Below are positions 30,456-40,545 of a stretch of 64,000 bases of DNA, piece by piece (position 1 is the first letter of the stretch; each line of letters begins with the position of its first letter). The translations under genes and the position numbers were made by a program. Source of the DNA: Candidatus Bathyarchaeota archaeon (GTDB taxonomy: Archaea; Thermoproteota; Bathyarchaeia; 40CM-2-53-6). The notes under the pieces were generated by a model. That model was not told the DNA's origin, did not search any database, and saw only the letters and a list, made by a program, of their open reading frames with translations. The stretch is from the NCBI GenBank assembly GCA_963706285.1, contig CAVPLU010000014.1, positions 32,211 to 96,210 on the forward strand. Reading direction: 5' to 3'.

Positions 30456-31724
30456 TTGACTTCTTCTGAATCTGCCGGATTCTACAAATTGACGCCTCAG
30501 GAGAGGCTTCGCTTTGTCGGTGAATTCGCTCATCTAGAAAAAGCGGAGCTGGACATACTTGCCACCTCTAGTGCTTTGAATATCGAAACTGCCAACCGCA
30601 TGATCGAGAATGCGATCGGCGTGATGCCGGTACCCTTGGGAGTAGCGATGAATTTCCTGATAAATGGAAAAGATCGCTTGATTCCGATGGCAGTGGAGGA
30701 GCCGTCAGTGGTTGCCGGTGCAAGCAACGCGGCCAAGATGGCTCGATCCAAAGGAGGATTCTGGACAACGAGCACGCGCCCGGTCATGATTGGACAGATC
30801 CAAATAATGGGTTGCGCCGACCCTCACAAAGCGGGAAAATCCGTTCTTGCATCTGCGGAAGAGATACTCAGAAAAGCGAACGAACAGGACCCAATCCTCG
30901 TTTCAAAAGGCGGCGGAGCCATCGGCTTAGAAACGAAAGTGCTTCAGACTATTGTTGGTCCCATGCTCGTCGTAGAGCTACTAGTAGATTGCGGGGATGC
31001 GATGGGTGCCAACGCAGTCAATACAATGGCAGAAACGATTGCGCCACTTGTCGAAAGAATCGCAGGCGGCCGAGTGTACCTAAGAATCCTATCTAACCTA
31101 GCCGACAGAAGGCTTGCACAGGCTCGCGTCACGGTCACGAAAGACGTTGTCGGCGGTCCGGAAGTTGTAGATGGAATAGTCAACGCATACGCTTTCGCAG
31201 CCGCCGATCCATATCGTTCTGCAACACATAACAAAGGAGTAATGAACGGAATCAGCGCGGTTGTGCTAGCTACTGGAAACGATACTCGCGCTATTGAGGC
31301 TGGAGCCCACGCCTATGCATCCAGATCAGGACAATACAGTCCATTGACTCGCTGGAGCAAGGACAGCAACGGAGACCTATTCGGAGAAATCGAGCTGCCG
31401 ATGGCAGTAGGATTGATCGGAGGCGCTACTGCAGTTCATCCAGTGGCTAAGACTGCCGTCAAAATACTTGGAGTCAAATCAGCACGCGAACTGGCCGAGA
31501 TAATCGCCGCAGTCGGCCTTTGCCAGAACCTTGCAGCCCTACGGGCGTTGGCGGCTGAGGGAATCCAACTCGGTCACATGCGGCTTCACGCAAGAAACTT
31601 GGCTGCAACCGCGGGGGCGACCGGGGATCTTGTGGACACGATAGCTCAGAAGATGATCGAAGAAAAGAAAATCAGGATCGACAGGGCGAAGGAGTTACTG
31701 GCCGGATATTCGAAGAGTGCTTAG
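30456..31724 (+). CDS. mvaA: HMG-CoA reductase, class II
   Basis: MIENAIG, EEPSVVA, DAMGAN, ILSNL, ATHNKG.MNG, GNDTRA, EGIQ.GHM.LHA. Confidence 0.93.
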   Translation: MTSSESAGFYKLTPQERLRFVGEFAHLEKAELDILATSSALNIETANRMIENAIGVMPVPLGVAMNFLINGKDRLIPMAVEEPSVVAGASNAAKMARSKGGFWTTSTRPVMIGQIQIMGCADPHKAGKSVLASAEEILRKANEQDPILVSKGGGAIGLETKVLQTIVGPMLVVELLVDCGDAMGANAVNTMAETIAPLVERIAGGRVYLRILSNLADRRLAQARVTVTKDVVGGPEVVDGIVNAYAFAAADPYRSATHNKGVMNGISAVVLATGNDTRAIEAGAHAYASRSGQYSPLTRWSKDSNGDLFGEIELPMAVGLIGGATAVHPVAKTAVKILGVKSARELAEIIAAVGLCQNLAALRALAAEGIQLGHMRLHARNLAATAGATGDLVDTIAQKMIEEKKIRIDRAKELLAGYSKSA

Positions 31725-32059
31725 ATTCTTTCTATGAGTGCGACTGATTCCATGTGTTTGATCTTCGGAACAGCATCCTTCTCCATCCAGTCCGATACGC
31801 TGTCATAGATCTTCTGGTAGTATTTCTTGGTGGAATGCTTCACCAACCCTAGGCGTTCCATTCTTCGAACGTATCTCCACTTCATGCTTCTCGAGATCTC
31901 ATCCCCGAGAACTCTGTCAAGATCCACCTTCTTGAAGACTCTCGGCAACTGCACAAAGGCTCGAATAATCTCCTTAGGAAAGGCAGCTAAGTTCTCCTTC
32001 GACAGCTTACGCTTTCCTCTCGATGTGATGAACCGTACACCATCCCTCGCTCTCCTCAC
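31721..32059 (-). CDS. Small basic protein, possible winged helix
   Basis: GGTGA ribosome-binding site before GTG; WRYVRRMERLGLVKH....YYQK resembles wHTH recognition helix plus wing. Confidence 0.55.
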   Translation of the reverse strand: MRRARDGVRFITSRGKRKLSKENLAAFPKEIIRAFVQLPRVFKKVDLDRVLGDEISRSMKWRYVRRMERLGLVKHSTKKYYQKIYDSVSDWMEKDAVPKIKHMESVALIERI

Positions 32060-32328
32060 AGCTCTTCACCACATACTCTCCTATCTGGGGCGACCATGCG
32101 TAAAAATGTTCTTTGTCTGACGCGCTCTAAAAAAGGTCCATCTTTCTCGATTCCTCCCCGTAACAGATATCCGATAAACAAGTATCGGGCTTCCGAAGAC
32201 GCACACGTAGGGATTGTAGTTGAGATGGATCACCCGGACGATTTCGGCAATGAGATCCCGGGACTCATCATACTCCTGATAGCAGTAATCAACAGATTTG
32301 TCTAAGGACACGGGAAACGAATCCGAGC

Positions 32329-33231
32329 TCAAGCGTAGTGGCGTTCAATTCTCGTGAATAGCGCGGGGATGATTGCCGCTACGAACAATCCACGAATGGT
32401 GGAATTCACGAAGCTTGGAACTAAGTAGCTGCTGGGTAGGATTACTTCCGTACCTAAAGCCAACAGGCCCGTCAGTACGCCGCCTGTTCCAAGTCGCATG
32501 ATCTTCTGAGAAGCAGAGGCTTTGTTTGTGAAGTGCACGAATCTCTCCTCGACCAGGGCGCCAACCGAGAAGCCAAAAATGTAGCCGCCTACCTTTGCCG
32601 GATACGTATCGCCTACGATATTCAATGCAACTGCAATCATCATTGGTATCAATGCGGAGAAAGCGAACAACATCTGAGGCATCGCTCTCATCTGTCCAAT
32701 TTGCGGAAAGCGCCGCAAAATGAGCATCCCCGAACATGCCACCGCAAGACCGACTATCCATCCACCGATGACCTGAACGGGATAGTGTAGCCCAAGATAG
32801 ATGCGAGAGATCCCAACTGCAACAACAATCAATACCCCCATTATGCTCACGATTCTCTTCCTGAATTCCACCGCAGTCCATGACCAGAATGTCATAGAGT
32901 CTTGAGCGTGCCCGCTGGGGAATCCATATGATGTCTCGCTCTTCTCTGCGATGCGAAGTTCGATCGGCGGCCGAGGCCACGCGACGAAAATCTTCAGGAA
33001 AAAGTTCAGATAAGCTCCTAAGAGAAGAACATACGTAATTACCCTACCACGAGGCTTGTCGAAACACCAATACGTGGCCGCGCTCAGCCCAACCAGAACT
33101 GTGCCGTCGCCCAGCAACGTTGTTGCCAAGAAGAGGAGGTCGAACTGAGGCGCAAGTAGACCTTGAAGTATCTCAACCAATTGCGTTCCAAATAGCATTT
33201 CCAAAAGCGACAACGTATTTTCAGCGCCCAA
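32329..33231 (-). CDS. PAP2-family membrane phosphatase
   Basis: K......RP, FPSGH, SRIYLGLHY motifs. Confidence 0.92.
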   Translation of the reverse strand: MGAENTLSLLEMLFGTQLVEILQGLLAPQFDLLFLATTLLGDGTVLVGLSAATYWCFDKPRGRVITYVLLLGAYLNFFLKIFVAWPRPPIELRIAEKSETSYGFPSGHAQDSMTFWSWTAVEFRKRIVSIMGVLIVVAVGISRIYLGLHYPVQVIGGWIVGLAVACSGMLILRRFPQIGQMRAMPQMLFAFSALIPMMIAVALNIVGDTYPAKVGGYIFGFSVGALVEERFVHFTNKASASQKIMRLGTGGVLTGLLALGTEVILPSSYLVPSFVNSTIRGLFVAAIIPALFTRIERHYA

Positions 33232-33292
33232 AGACTCTTTTTGTGAAAATCAATATGCACCAAATATGAATAGTTCGTTCCAAATCCTAGGA

Positions 33293-34186
33293 TTATCCAA
33301 CGTGGAAACCGCCGGCGATAAAAGCGACTAGCCCCAGCAACATCCAGACCAAGGCTTGATTCTTGGATCTCAACGCATTTTCGGGCGAAGGATTCTTGAC
33401 GATTGAATATGCTGAATACATGAAGCCCGTATCGCAGAATAGGACCAGCGGAACATAAAACCAGGAAACCAACCCTAGCGAGACAGGGATTGCACTCAGA
33501 AGAACCGCAATCACAAAGAATAGCGCACCTGTCTTCGCCGCGACACCGAGCCCCTTTGAGACTGCAAGCGTCCTTACACCTCGATTGGAGTCTCCCGCGA
33601 TGTCAGCCATGCCCTTGATTACTTCGCGGCCCATTCCTGCAAGAAACGCGATCAACGCGAACATATACAGAATTCTGCTCACACCGCCTACCGCTCCACC
33701 GAAAATGAATGGTATTGCCAGGTTGGCGCTGACGACAGCGTTTCCCGGTAGTCCAGTTCGCTTTCCGAACCTGTTGTAGTAAAGCATGAGGATCACAGCC
33801 AAGACTGCTATGATCAGGTTGAGAGAACTCAATACGGATGCTAGTAACAGTCCCACGGCGAGCGCGACTACTGCAAGAGCCGCAGCTTCCGTCTGAGATA
33901 CACGCTTTGAGGGGATAGGCCTACCTGGATTGTTTATTCGATCTATGTCTGCGTCGATAATGTCGTTTATTGCCATGGAGCCAGCAACGAGGCTGAACCC
34001 GACGAGGAACCCAACTGCTGCGGAGAAGGCTGGCATTGACGGTCCCAGCGACATGAACTCGCCTACTATGACGGCGAAACCCATCATGATGCAGTTGGGA
34101 ATCCTTGCAATCTCAAGGAAGCCGGAGGTCTTGCTAGCTATTGAGGGCATACGAGTCTCCATGTTGTTCGCCGGGAATCCCAACAT
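33293..34186 (-). CDS. UbiA-family digeranylgeranylglyceryl phosphate synthase
   Basis: NDIIDADIDRINNP.RPIPS and REVIKGMADI.GD..GVRT; divergent from GGGP synthase; true start may be 34150. Confidence 0.88.
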   Translation of the reverse strand: MLGFPANNMETRMPSIASKTSGFLEIARIPNCIMMGFAVIVGEFMSLGPSMPAFSAAVGFLVGFSLVAGSMAINDIIDADIDRINNPGRPIPSKRVSQTEAAALAVVALAVGLLLASVLSSLNLIIAVLAVILMLYYNRFGKRTGLPGNAVVSANLAIPFIFGGAVGGVSRILYMFALIAFLAGMGREVIKGMADIAGDSNRGVRTLAVSKGLGVAAKTGALFFVIAVLLSAIPVSLGLVSWFYVPLVLFCDTGFMYSAYSIVKNPSPENALRSKNQALVWMLLGLVAFIAGGFHVG

Positions 34187-34286
34187 CTTCTGCTAGAGCA
34201 CATCGATATACAGACGTGTTGGCGGGGGCACTTTTAATAACGATTCTCTGATCTTGAGTCTACGGCAGTTTAGCGAGGATTGTCAT

Positions 34287-35036
34287 ATGTGCGGCAGGGT
34301 CGAGCAATACCTAATTGATTGCATTAGGGAGCAGGGCGCAATCCACCTGACGCTGCTCGATCCAGAAAAGGTAACTAGATCAACGTCTAGTGCCTTGGCA
34401 AAGGCGATAAACAAGAGCGGCTCCTCCGGAATTATGGTTGGAGGGTCAACTGCTGTATCAGTGTATCACATTGATGAGATTATCAGTGCCATAAAGAAAC
34501 AGACCAAGCTTCCCGTCATAATCTTCCCGAATGACGTTGCTGGGATAAGCAAAGAGGCCGACGCCATATTCTTCATGAGCTTGATGAACTCAATGAACCC
34601 GTACTACATTACCCATGTACAGGCCCTCGGCGCACCCCTCGTGAAACGGTACGGCCTCGAACCGATTCCCATGGGATACGTTATTGTTGGTGATAGAGGC
34701 GCCGCGGCAGCATTCGTAGGCCAAGTCAATCCAATCCCATATGACAAACCACCCTTGGCCATGATGTATGGAATGGCAGCCCAATTCATGGGCAAACGAT
34801 TCTTCTACCTGGAAGCAGGTTCCGGTGTTGAAAGACCAATCTCCCCAGCGATGGTGGAAGCAGTAAGCAAGAACGTCGAGATCCCACTAATTGTGGGCGG
34901 CGGAATAAGATCCCCCAAAACAGCAAGACAACTTGTGAAGGCTGGCGCACGAATTATTGTCACAGGGACGATAGTCGAAAAAGCCTCGCCTGAAGTCTTG
35001 CGACGAATTGTACGCAGCATAAAGAAGGCTGCTTAG
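34287..35036 (+). CDS. Geranylgeranylglyceryl phosphate synthase
   Basis: TLLDPEK, IMVGGST, IIFP, YLEAGSG, VGGGIRS, VTGT. Confidence 0.93.
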   Translation: MCGRVEQYLIDCIREQGAIHLTLLDPEKVTRSTSSALAKAINKSGSSGIMVGGSTAVSVYHIDEIISAIKKQTKLPVIIFPNDVAGISKEADAIFFMSLMNSMNPYYITHVQALGAPLVKRYGLEPIPMGYVIVGDRGAAAAFVGQVNPIPYDKPPLAMMYGMAAQFMGKRFFYLEAGSGVERPISPAMVEAVSKNVEIPLIVGGGIRSPKTARQLVKAGARIIVTGTIVEKASPEVLRRIVRSIKKAA

Positions 35037-35054
35037 AGGACATGGGGCTCAGGA

Positions 35055-36869
35055 GTGTCCAACGACAACTATCTGCGCATCAAGAAGGCTACGCCGTACT
35101 ATAATGCCGTCCGCCGCGTCGCTTTCCCTTCAACTAGAGGGATACTCATCTCGCTGCTCGTTATCGATCTCCTTGGCACCATGCTCGCATTCGCGATTGT
35201 TGATTGGACATCGCCCGGGTTGGTCCAGGGGCTTCTGACAGGTTCCGCGGTATTCTTCGTACCTACCCTACTCTCTGCCATTTTCTCGTTTCAAGTAGTG
35301 GTCAAAGGGGATCCGCTGTTCTTTCTAAGACGCGTCTTAGCGTTATCGCTCTTCGGAAACGTGGTCTGGATCGTTGTAATGATAATCGGGGCGACAGTGA
35401 GTCGAATTTCTGGAGTCTTCCTCTTTCCTGCCAGCGCTTTCTATCTTGGTCTGTTTATCATGTTGCCTCTACGTTCCATAGCGGTTTTTTCAATGTCGAC
35501 CGTCAGCTTGGCGAGACGTGTGATTTTTGCAGTATCTGATCCACTAGCATGTTCCATCGCCCTTGCGATCTTTCTGAATGCTCTTCCTTCCGGTCTCATT
35601 GCAAGTCTCGTCCTGGCGGTTTCGGTCTCTTTCGCGTTCTCGTTTGCCTTCTTGATCCACGTGGAAAGACGGGGCATCCAAACTATCGGTGTCTCTCCAT
35701 CGCTCGTCTTCAGAGCCTTCCTAAAAGACTGGTTGGACGGCGACTTTGCAAGATTCGAGAACTATCTCGAGGTTTTCGGCGTCAATAGCTCGGTCAATCT
35801 GTGCGTCTTGAGTCTTACATCAAAGGCCTCTAAGAAAGTCAAGGGCACTCTGATTGTGCCCAACTTCCACCCAGGCCCATTTCTGAACATCGGAAGTAGC
35901 GCCCTTCCGTACATGATCAAGCGCGTCGTGGAGTCAACGATTGGAGGTGTTGCCGCCGTCGCGCATGGAGTCTCAGGACACGAGCGGAATTTGGTCAGTC
36001 AGCAAGAGAACGAGAAAGTAATCGAAGAGGTCTTGTCAATGCTGGCTCACCCGTCGTCAGCTTCGAACATCAGCCCAATTCTTCGTTCGACCTCCGGAAG
36101 CGCCACAGCGACATGTCAAGTCTTCGGCAAGTCAGCCTTAGTGACAATGACCACTGCGCCGCAGGATACTGAAGACATAGACTTCGAGGTCGGCGAGTCA
36201 CTGCGCAGTAGCGCAAGACGCCTTTTCAGAAGTATTGCCATTGTTGACGCCCACAATAGCTTGGGGAATGCAGTCGTGATGAGTCAGGACAAACTAAACG
36301 ATCTCGCCGAGGCCGCCAAGCTTGCGATCAAATCAGCGAAAACCGTGAAGCTGCGTTCCGCTTCAGCGGGTGTCGCTCATACTATGCTGAGAGACGTATC
36401 ATTGAAAGAAGGCATGGGTCTCGGAGGGGTCGTCGCCTTCTGGATCAAAGTGGGTGACAAATCTTTCGCGTACGTTGTCTTTGACAGCAACAACATGACC
36501 TCAGGCCTGAGGGAGAAGATTCTCACCGCCCTTAGAGAGATGGGCGCTGCAGACGCAGAAGTGATGACCTCAGATACCCACATGGTGAATGGCATTATAT
36601 CGGCAAGATTCGGTTACAATCCGATTGGAGCAGCTTCTGATCCAGAAGCCATCGTTCAATCCGTGCGAAAAGTTGTAGATGAGGCCAAAAGGAACATGGA
36701 GCCGGTGAAAACCTCACTGACTTGCTCCGAGATTCAAGTTGGAACGCTGGGACTCTCGTCCTTCAGCCAATTGACGAGTTTCCTTCTCAGGACCGCAAGG
36801 CTCACATTTGCGACGCTCTTCCCTGTAGTACTTGTAATCGCGATCATATCATTGGTCTTTCTGACCTAG
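35055..36869 (+). CDS. DUF2070 family membrane protein
   Basis: N-terminal TM bundle, then HPGPF..IGSS, HG..GHE, DAHN, DSNN, TSDTH motifs and a C-terminal TM. Confidence 0.85.
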   Translation: MSNDNYLRIKKATPYYNAVRRVAFPSTRGILISLLVIDLLGTMLAFAIVDWTSPGLVQGLLTGSAVFFVPTLLSAIFSFQVVVKGDPLFFLRRVLALSLFGNVVWIVVMIIGATVSRISGVFLFPASAFYLGLFIMLPLRSIAVFSMSTVSLARRVIFAVSDPLACSIALAIFLNALPSGLIASLVLAVSVSFAFSFAFLIHVERRGIQTIGVSPSLVFRAFLKDWLDGDFARFENYLEVFGVNSSVNLCVLSLTSKASKKVKGTLIVPNFHPGPFLNIGSSALPYMIKRVVESTIGGVAAVAHGVSGHERNLVSQQENEKVIEEVLSMLAHPSSASNISPILRSTSGSATATCQVFGKSALVTMTTAPQDTEDIDFEVGESLRSSARRLFRSIAIVDAHNSLGNAVVMSQDKLNDLAEAAKLAIKSAKTVKLRSASAGVAHTMLRDVSLKEGMGLGGVVAFWIKVGDKSFAYVVFDSNNMTSGLREKILTALREMGAADAEVMTSDTHMVNGIISARFGYNPIGAASDPEAIVQSVRKVVDEAKRNMEPVKTSLTCSEIQVGTLGLSSFSQLTSFLLRTARLTFATLFPVVLVIAIISLVFLT

Positions 36870-36879
36870 GTCGAGCCCA

Positions 36880-37938
36880 ATGCATCAAGAATTCCACTAT
36901 ATGCAACTGCCCCGAGAAGTAATCGTCGGCAAGGGCGTGCTCAGCCGAGTTGGAGAGACTTGTCGTCGGCTCGGTTTCTCTGGATCCATTCTCATTGTTA
37001 CTGACTCCAATGTTCAATCACTAGGAGCGGCACCCGTAGGTGAATCGCTGAGGAATTCTGGATTCAAGGTTCAGAAGATGCTCGTGAAATCCTCAACGAT
37101 TCCGCAGGTTCGTGAGGTTGAACGAGAAATCGAGAAACTCAAACCCAGTGTTGTAGTTGCGGTTGGCGGAGGAAGCGACATAGATATCGCAAAACTCAGC
37201 TCAGCCAACAAGGGCATACCGTTTCTGAGCATTCCAACAGCTGCTTCTCACGACGGAATCGCCAGTCCGGTCGTCTCGATGAAAGGACACAGTAAGCCAT
37301 ACTCTTTCATGGCGCAATCCCCCATCGCAATCATGGCTGACGTGGGTGTCATAGCTGGCGCACCGTTCCGGTTGCTAGCAAGCGGTTGCGGCGATATTGT
37401 GGGCAAGTATACATCTGTCAGAGACTGGAAGCTTGCGCATCGAATAAAGAACGAATACTACGGTGACTATGCGGCCGACTTAGCGCTGATGAGCGCGAAG
37501 CTTGTGATGAGAAATGCACGCATCGTGAAGAGCATGAGCGAGACAGGCATCAGGACAATCGTCGAGGCCCTGGTCAGCTGCGGCGTCGCAATGAGCATCG
37601 CAGGCAGCAGCAGACCCTGCAGCGGCGCCGAGCACTTGTTCAGCCACGCACTCGATGTAACTGCACCGCATCCAGCCCTTCATGGAGAACAGGTTGGCGT
37701 CGGAACGATCATGTGTGCGCACCTCCATGGAGCAAACTGGGCGCTGATACGAGACGTTCTACAGAGAATCGGAGCTCCGACAAGCGCACGCGAACTCGGA
37801 ATCGAGAGCAAATACCTGATCAAGGCGCTGACGATCGCTCACAAGATAAGACCAGATCGGTACACGATCCTAGGGGAGAAAGGACTCACACGGAAAGCAG
37901 CGGAACACGTTGCAAAAGTCACCGGCGTAATCGAGTAG
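36880..37938 (+). CDS. egsA: Glycerol-1-phosphate dehydrogenase
   Basis: GGG..ID.AK, PTAASHDGIAS, SSRPCSGAEHLFSHALD, LHGEQVG. Confidence 0.95.
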   Translation: MHQEFHYMQLPREVIVGKGVLSRVGETCRRLGFSGSILIVTDSNVQSLGAAPVGESLRNSGFKVQKMLVKSSTIPQVREVEREIEKLKPSVVVAVGGGSDIDIAKLSSANKGIPFLSIPTAASHDGIASPVVSMKGHSKPYSFMAQSPIAIMADVGVIAGAPFRLLASGCGDIVGKYTSVRDWKLAHRIKNEYYGDYAADLALMSAKLVMRNARIVKSMSETGIRTIVEALVSCGVAMSIAGSSRPCSGAEHLFSHALDVTAPHPALHGEQVGVGTIMCAHLHGANWALIRDVLQRIGAPTSARELGIESKYLIKALTIAHKIRPDRYTILGEKGLTRKAAEHVAKVTGVIE

Positions 37939-37952
37939 GCTCGGCGAACGAA

Positions 37953-39701
37953 GTGGCGACCCCAGTAGCATTAGAAGTTGAAGCGAGAAAAGCGGCGTTA
38001 CTGAACGCTATCAAGCACGAAGGCAAGGCCGAGATCGGAGCGATCATTGGCAGACTTCTCGGCGCCCACCCTGAACTGAGACAGAAAGCGGCAGATGTCC
38101 GCATCCTCGCCTCCAAGATCATTGACCAAGTAAACGCGATGAGCCTTTCGGATCAAGAAAAGATCGTTGCAGAGAATTGGCCGGAAGAGGCGATGAAGGA
38201 GAAACGAAAAGAAACAGAACGGACTCTTCCACCATTGCCTAATGCCGACAAGTACGCTAAGATCGTCACACGTTTCTCGCCCAATCCAGATTCAGTTCTA
38301 CACCTGGGAAACGCGAGAGCATTCATCCTCAGCCATGACTATGCACGGAAATACGGTGGAAGGTTCATTCTGCGTTTTGAGGACACTGATCCACGACTGA
38401 AGAAGGCCGCTTTGCAGTACTACGACCTCATACGAGACGACTTGAAATGGCTTGAATGCAGCTGGGATGAGGAGTACTACCAGAGCGACCGTCTAGGGCT
38501 ATACTACCAGTATGCGGAAGAACTGATCCGCAAAGCAGGTGCCTACGTCTGTGAATGTGCATCCGAGGATTTCAAGAAACTCGTTGAATCAGGACGGGCA
38601 TGCCCCTGCCGAGCGAAGACAGTTGAGGAGAATCTGGTGCGCTGGAAAAGTATGCTCGGTGGGGAATATGGCGAAGGTGAGGCAGTTCTCCGCGTCAAGA
38701 CAGACCTCGATCACCCGAACCCAGCGGTTAGGGATTGGCCTGCTCTTCGTGTCATTGATCCCGTGAAGTATCCTCATCCGCGCGTCGGGAGCAATTACCG
38801 GGTGTGGCCGCTATACAACATGGCCTGTGGAGTCGACGACCATGCAATGGGCATCTCGCATGTGATTCGCGGCAAAGAGCATCTGACAAACATGGAACGG
38901 CAGAAGTACCTCTACAAGTACTTGGGGTGGCAGTACCCAGACGCGATCCACTACGGCAGACTACATGTCGTTGGAGTCGATCTTAGCAAGTCAAAGATGA
39001 TGCGGGCACTCGAAGAAGGCGTCTACAAAGACCTAAGCGACCCTCGTCTCGGAACCCTGATGGCTCTGAGACGGCGTGGCATCACTCCCCAAGCCATCAG
39101 AGGCGTCGTTTACGAGGTTGGGCCACGCCCGGTCGACGCAACCATTAGCTGGGAGAACCTTTACGCCGCCAACCGCAAAATCATCGACCCTATCGCACGC
39201 AGGTTCTTCTTCATCGATAACCCCATAATTGCCTCAGTCTCCGGAGTGAAGAACGATCGAACGGCCAAGCTTCCTATTCATCCGGATCACCCTGAAATGG
39301 GCACAAGAGAGATCACCGTTGATGTCAAGGATGGCATATGTCGCCTACTGCTTTCGAAAACAGATCTGGGCATCCTGAAGCCGGGGGCCATAGTGCGACT
39401 AATGGAGCTATTCAACCTCAAAGTGATCCAAGTGAGCCAGGATTTGGTGACCGCTGAGCTGCATAGCGAGACGTACGCCGAGTCCAGAAAAGTGAGCGCT
39501 CCGCTAGTGCATTGGCTTCCAGAACACCACAACTGTACGGCCACGGTTGTGATGCCGAACGCTGAGAGGATCGACGGCATAGGCGAACTTGCTTTAGCGA
39601 CTTGTCATGTGAATGAACCTATTCAGCTCGTTAGATTTGGCTTCGGGAGAGTCGATGCTGTTACTCAAGAATCTGTAGTGATCTATTTTGCGCACGAATA
39701 A
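37953..39701 (+). CDS. gltX: Glutamate--tRNA ligase
   Basis: RFSPNP..LHLGN, LRFEDTDP, IRGKEH, LSKSK, QLVRFGF; GTG 37953 follows the egsA stop. Confidence 0.95.
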   Translation: MATPVALEVEARKAALLNAIKHEGKAEIGAIIGRLLGAHPELRQKAADVRILASKIIDQVNAMSLSDQEKIVAENWPEEAMKEKRKETERTLPPLPNADKYAKIVTRFSPNPDSVLHLGNARAFILSHDYARKYGGRFILRFEDTDPRLKKAALQYYDLIRDDLKWLECSWDEEYYQSDRLGLYYQYAEELIRKAGAYVCECASEDFKKLVESGRACPCRAKTVEENLVRWKSMLGGEYGEGEAVLRVKTDLDHPNPAVRDWPALRVIDPVKYPHPRVGSNYRVWPLYNMACGVDDHAMGISHVIRGKEHLTNMERQKYLYKYLGWQYPDAIHYGRLHVVGVDLSKSKMMRALEEGVYKDLSDPRLGTLMALRRRGITPQAIRGVVYEVGPRPVDATISWENLYAANRKIIDPIARRFFFIDNPIIASVSGVKNDRTAKLPIHPDHPEMGTREITVDVKDGICRLLLSKTDLGILKPGAIVRLMELFNLKVIQVSQDLVTAELHSETYAESRKVSAPLVHWLPEHHNCTATVVMPNAERIDGIGELALATCHVNEPIQLVRFGFGRVDAVTQESVVIYFAHE

Positions 39702-39923
39702 GGCAAGAAGTCGACGAACCATAACGAATTTGCCTGCTTTCTCTCTTGATGACGTAGCAGTGAGTATTGGGTCACCTTTAATAGGAGTCTCACGCTATTA
39801 CGTGAGCAGTATACTGGAGATCTTACTGCGTGGATGACGCAAGGGCTGTGTGCCCAGTGCGCGATTATCGCGTCGAGTATTATCTTTTGTATAACTAGAG
39901 AATAGGGACGGTGGAATGCGAAT

Positions 39924-40076
39924 ATGGGTTATGAGAATCGACGATATGGTGCTCCGAGGCAAATGACGAAAGTCAAATGCTCCGAATGCGGCGCAGAGAC
40001 GGAAGTACCGTTTGTGCCGACGACCGGAAGACCAGTCTACTGTAGAGACTGCTACCAGAAGCACCGAAGATACTAG
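39924..40076 (+). CDS. CxxC-x17-CxxC small zinc-binding protein (50 aa), below ORF-track cutoff
   Basis: Manual translation MGYENRRYGAPRQMTKVKCSECGAETEVPFVPTTGRPVYCRDCYQKHRRY matches the family pattern. Confidence 0.9.
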   Translation: MGYENRRYGAPRQMTKVKCSECGAETEVPFVPTTGRPVYCRDCYQKHRRY

Positions 40077-40113
40077 GCTAACCGCCTAGGACCGATTGGT
40101 ACGAATTTCCCGA

Positions 40114-40130
40114 TTTTTTTGTTTATTTTT
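40114..40130 (+). terminator. Oligo-T archaeal terminator
   Basis: TTTTTTTGTTTATTTTT about 40 nt after the CxxC gene stop. Confidence 0.6.
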
Positions 40131-40497
40131 CAACCGTGCATCCTGCTGGTTTTCTAAACCAGGTTCGTCGCAATCAGGTCAGTTGATGCACCTGTACTAG
40201 AAGCGGTCGATCCGCATGTCGAGAGACACGAGGCTCTTTCTTGAATGAATGGGTCTTCTACAGTGTGGAGATTCCAAAGCAAATCGCCTTAGCAAGAGAG
40301 ACTAGGAACGAGCGAAGACGCAACGAGAACGCGAAGCATATCATGGACTGAATGTCGCACTGTCTGAACTGTGTTGCAATTGAGAGAGGTCAGACAAGTA
40401 AGAAGAAACGGAGAGAATCTGGTTCAGCGTACATGATTTCGTCGCGGTCGGAAGTGTTAAAATCCTGATTGTTGCATTAGATCTGCACGTGATTTCT

Positions 40498-40545
40498 ATG
40501 CCAAAAGCAAAGAAGAAGAAATCAAAAAAGAAAGCAAGGAAATAG
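40498..40545 (+). CDS. Putative 15-aa lysine-rich micropeptide
   Basis: MPKAKKKKSKKKARK*; TTAAAA at 40457-40462, GTGA at 40489, mixed AAA/AAG codons, hairpin just downstream. Confidence 0.5.
   Translation: MPKAKKKKSKKKARK

Noticed and set aside
32081-32332. 83-aa ORF between PAP2 and the small wHTH-like gene
   Set aside because: No motifs and a competing opposite-strand ORF; cannot be supported
37713-37952. 80-aa N-terminal extension of GltX in the ORF track
   Set aside because: Overlaps egsA in another frame; GTG 37953 gives a normal N-terminus
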